Shown here piece after piece: positions 62,301 through 64,000 of a stretch of 64,000 nucleotides of DNA. Each line of letters opens with the position of its first letter. Within the stretch, counting starts at the first letter, position 1. The notes beneath the pieces are model-generated. The model saw nothing but the letters and a program-made list of their open reading frames with translations, did not search any database and was not told where the DNA came from. Origin of the DNA: Malacoraja senta (lineage: Eukaryota); contig CM075997.1 in assembly GCA_038087875.1 (NCBI GenBank), positions 5,892,001 through 5,956,000 of the forward strand, written 5' to 3'. The position numbers and the translations under genes were made by a program.

Positions 62301-64000
62301 ACCTATTCCTTTTTCTCCAGAGATGCTTGCCTGAGTTACTCCAGGATTTTGTGTCTATCTTCAGTGTAAACCAGCATCTACAGTTCCTTCCTACACAATG
62401 AACTGCAGAGGTTGGTGTATACCAAAAATAGACACAAAGAGCTGGAGTAATGCAGCGGGTTAGTCAGCATCTCTGGAGAAAATGGATGGGTGACGTTTCA
62501 GATCGGGGCCCTTCTTCACACTGCTTATAGGGGGAGGAACTGGAAGCAAGAAAACCAGGACAAATCAAGGCCGGCAACATATAGAAACATAGAAACATAG
62601 AAAATAGGTGCAGGAGTAGGCCATTCGGCCCTTCGAGCCATTCAATATGATCATGGCTGATCATCCAACTCAGTATCCTGCACCTGCCTTCTGTCCATAC
62701 CCCCTGATCCCTTTAGCCACAAGGGCCACATCTAACTCCCTCTTAAATATAGCCTATGAACTGGCCTCAACTACCTTCTGTGGCAGAGAGTTCCAGAGAT
62801 TCCCCACTCTCTGTGTGAAAAATGTTTTTCTCATCTCGGTCCTAAATGATTTCCCCTTAATCCTTAAACTGTGACCCCTTGTCCTGGACTTCCCCAACAT
62901 CGGGAACAATCTTCCTGCATCTAGCCTGTCCAAACCCTTAAGAATTTTGTACGTTTCTATAAGATCCCCCCTCAATCTTCTAAAATAGACACAAATATGA
63001 CATCAGGCAGGGTGGTACTGGATGTGCTCATTCTTAAGTGAACGTGGGTTCTCCCCTTCTGCTATAGATGGGTCCCTCACACGTGTCTCTTCTGTGTCCG
63101 CCAGTTTTGCTCTCACTCCCCACCCCTCCAGACGCAACACGAACAATTCCCCTGGTCCTCACTCTCACCCCACCAGCCTCCACATCCAACAAATCATCCT
63201 CCGACATTTCCGTCACCTCCAACGTGTTCCCACCACTAATCACATCTTCCTATCTCCACCCCCTTCTGCAGAGACCACTCCCTCCACAACTCCTTGGTTC
63301 ACTCATCCATTCCAACCCAAACCACCCCCTCCCCAGGTACTTTCCCCTGCAACGCAGGAGATGCAACACCTGCCCTTATATCTCCTCCCTCGATTCCATC
63401 CAGGGACCCCGACAGTTCTTTCACGTGAGACAGACGTTTGCATGCATCTCCACTAACCTCATCTACAGCATCCGGTGTTCCCAATGTAGGCTCCTGTACA
63501 TCAGTGAGCCAAGCATAGACATGGCAACCATTTCGCTGAATACTTACCCTCGGTCTGCCAAGACCTAATCAGTCCTTGTCTATTCAAATGCTGGTAGATC
63601 CTGCCCTCACAATACTCCCCAGTAACTTGCCCACCACTGTGAGATTAATCTTTATAAGAGGACCATTTAGTAGTCTGATAGCAGCAGGGAAGCTGTGCCT
63701 GAATCTAGTGTCCTCATTATCCCAATGTTCCAGTGATGAGTGCAGGACCGGGGAGATGGCATCTCCAGTAGATCTGTTGTGATGGTACACAAACTGCAAT
63801 GGATCAAGGCTATAGGGAGGCTGGAGTTCATGAATGCCATGACCAGTCTCTTGAACTAGTACTTACTGATGATGGATGTCAGAGCCATTAAAGTTACCTT
63901 GCTTTTCGTTGGCACCGGGATGATAATGGGTCTTTTCAAAGCAGGTGATACAGAATAGAAAGACGTAAAATATGTCTGTCAATACTCCTGCTAGCTGCTC

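Larger units (their letters stand above)
56807..64000 (+). repeat. Direct tandem duplication, unit ~4.18 kb (56807-60984; second copy from 60985 past the window end)
   Basis: TGCATTAGGGAGAGGGTTAGGATTATC starts at both 56807 and 60985. Sequence stays collinear to 64000 with scattered SNPs/indels, and ORF-track entries recur at offsets of ~4184-4189. Confidence 0.97.

Noticed and set aside
56807..64000. Duplicated RYR1 exon inside the tandem duplication
   Set aside because: The next expected exon (STPLDVAAAS...-type sequence) was not found in either copy.

Overview
Vertebrate nuclear DNA, most likely from an elasmobranch (skate/ray/shark), inferred from HE1/V-SINE-type SINEs, HER1/CR1 LINEs and the Penelope repeat complement. 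The window is the middle of a + strand ryanodine receptor gene, best matching RYR1. Six consecutive in-phase exons (68-268, 22655-22766, 23577-23723, 50560-50833, 52342-52456, 56402-56534) have canonical AG/GT sites and translate to RyR central-region protein. Most of the rest is transposon-derived intron. The first intron is a 22 kb nest holding an antisense class I (epsilon-like) endogenous retrovirus, a BEL/Pao element, a Gypsy remnant and several CR1/other LINEs. The retrovirus has a decayed CNPase-like 2H phosphoesterase domain between protease and RT, and only a tiny ORF where env should be. Later introns contain Penelope elements with minimal hammerhead-ribozyme motifs, two non-autonomous DNA transposons with 5-bp TSDs (hAT5-like), hAT and Harbinger MITEs, a Rex1/Babar LINE, a candidate skeletal-muscle enhancer and a ~4.18 kb near-identical tandem duplication running off the right end. 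All calls were made by eye without database searches; boundaries without a TSD are approximate.
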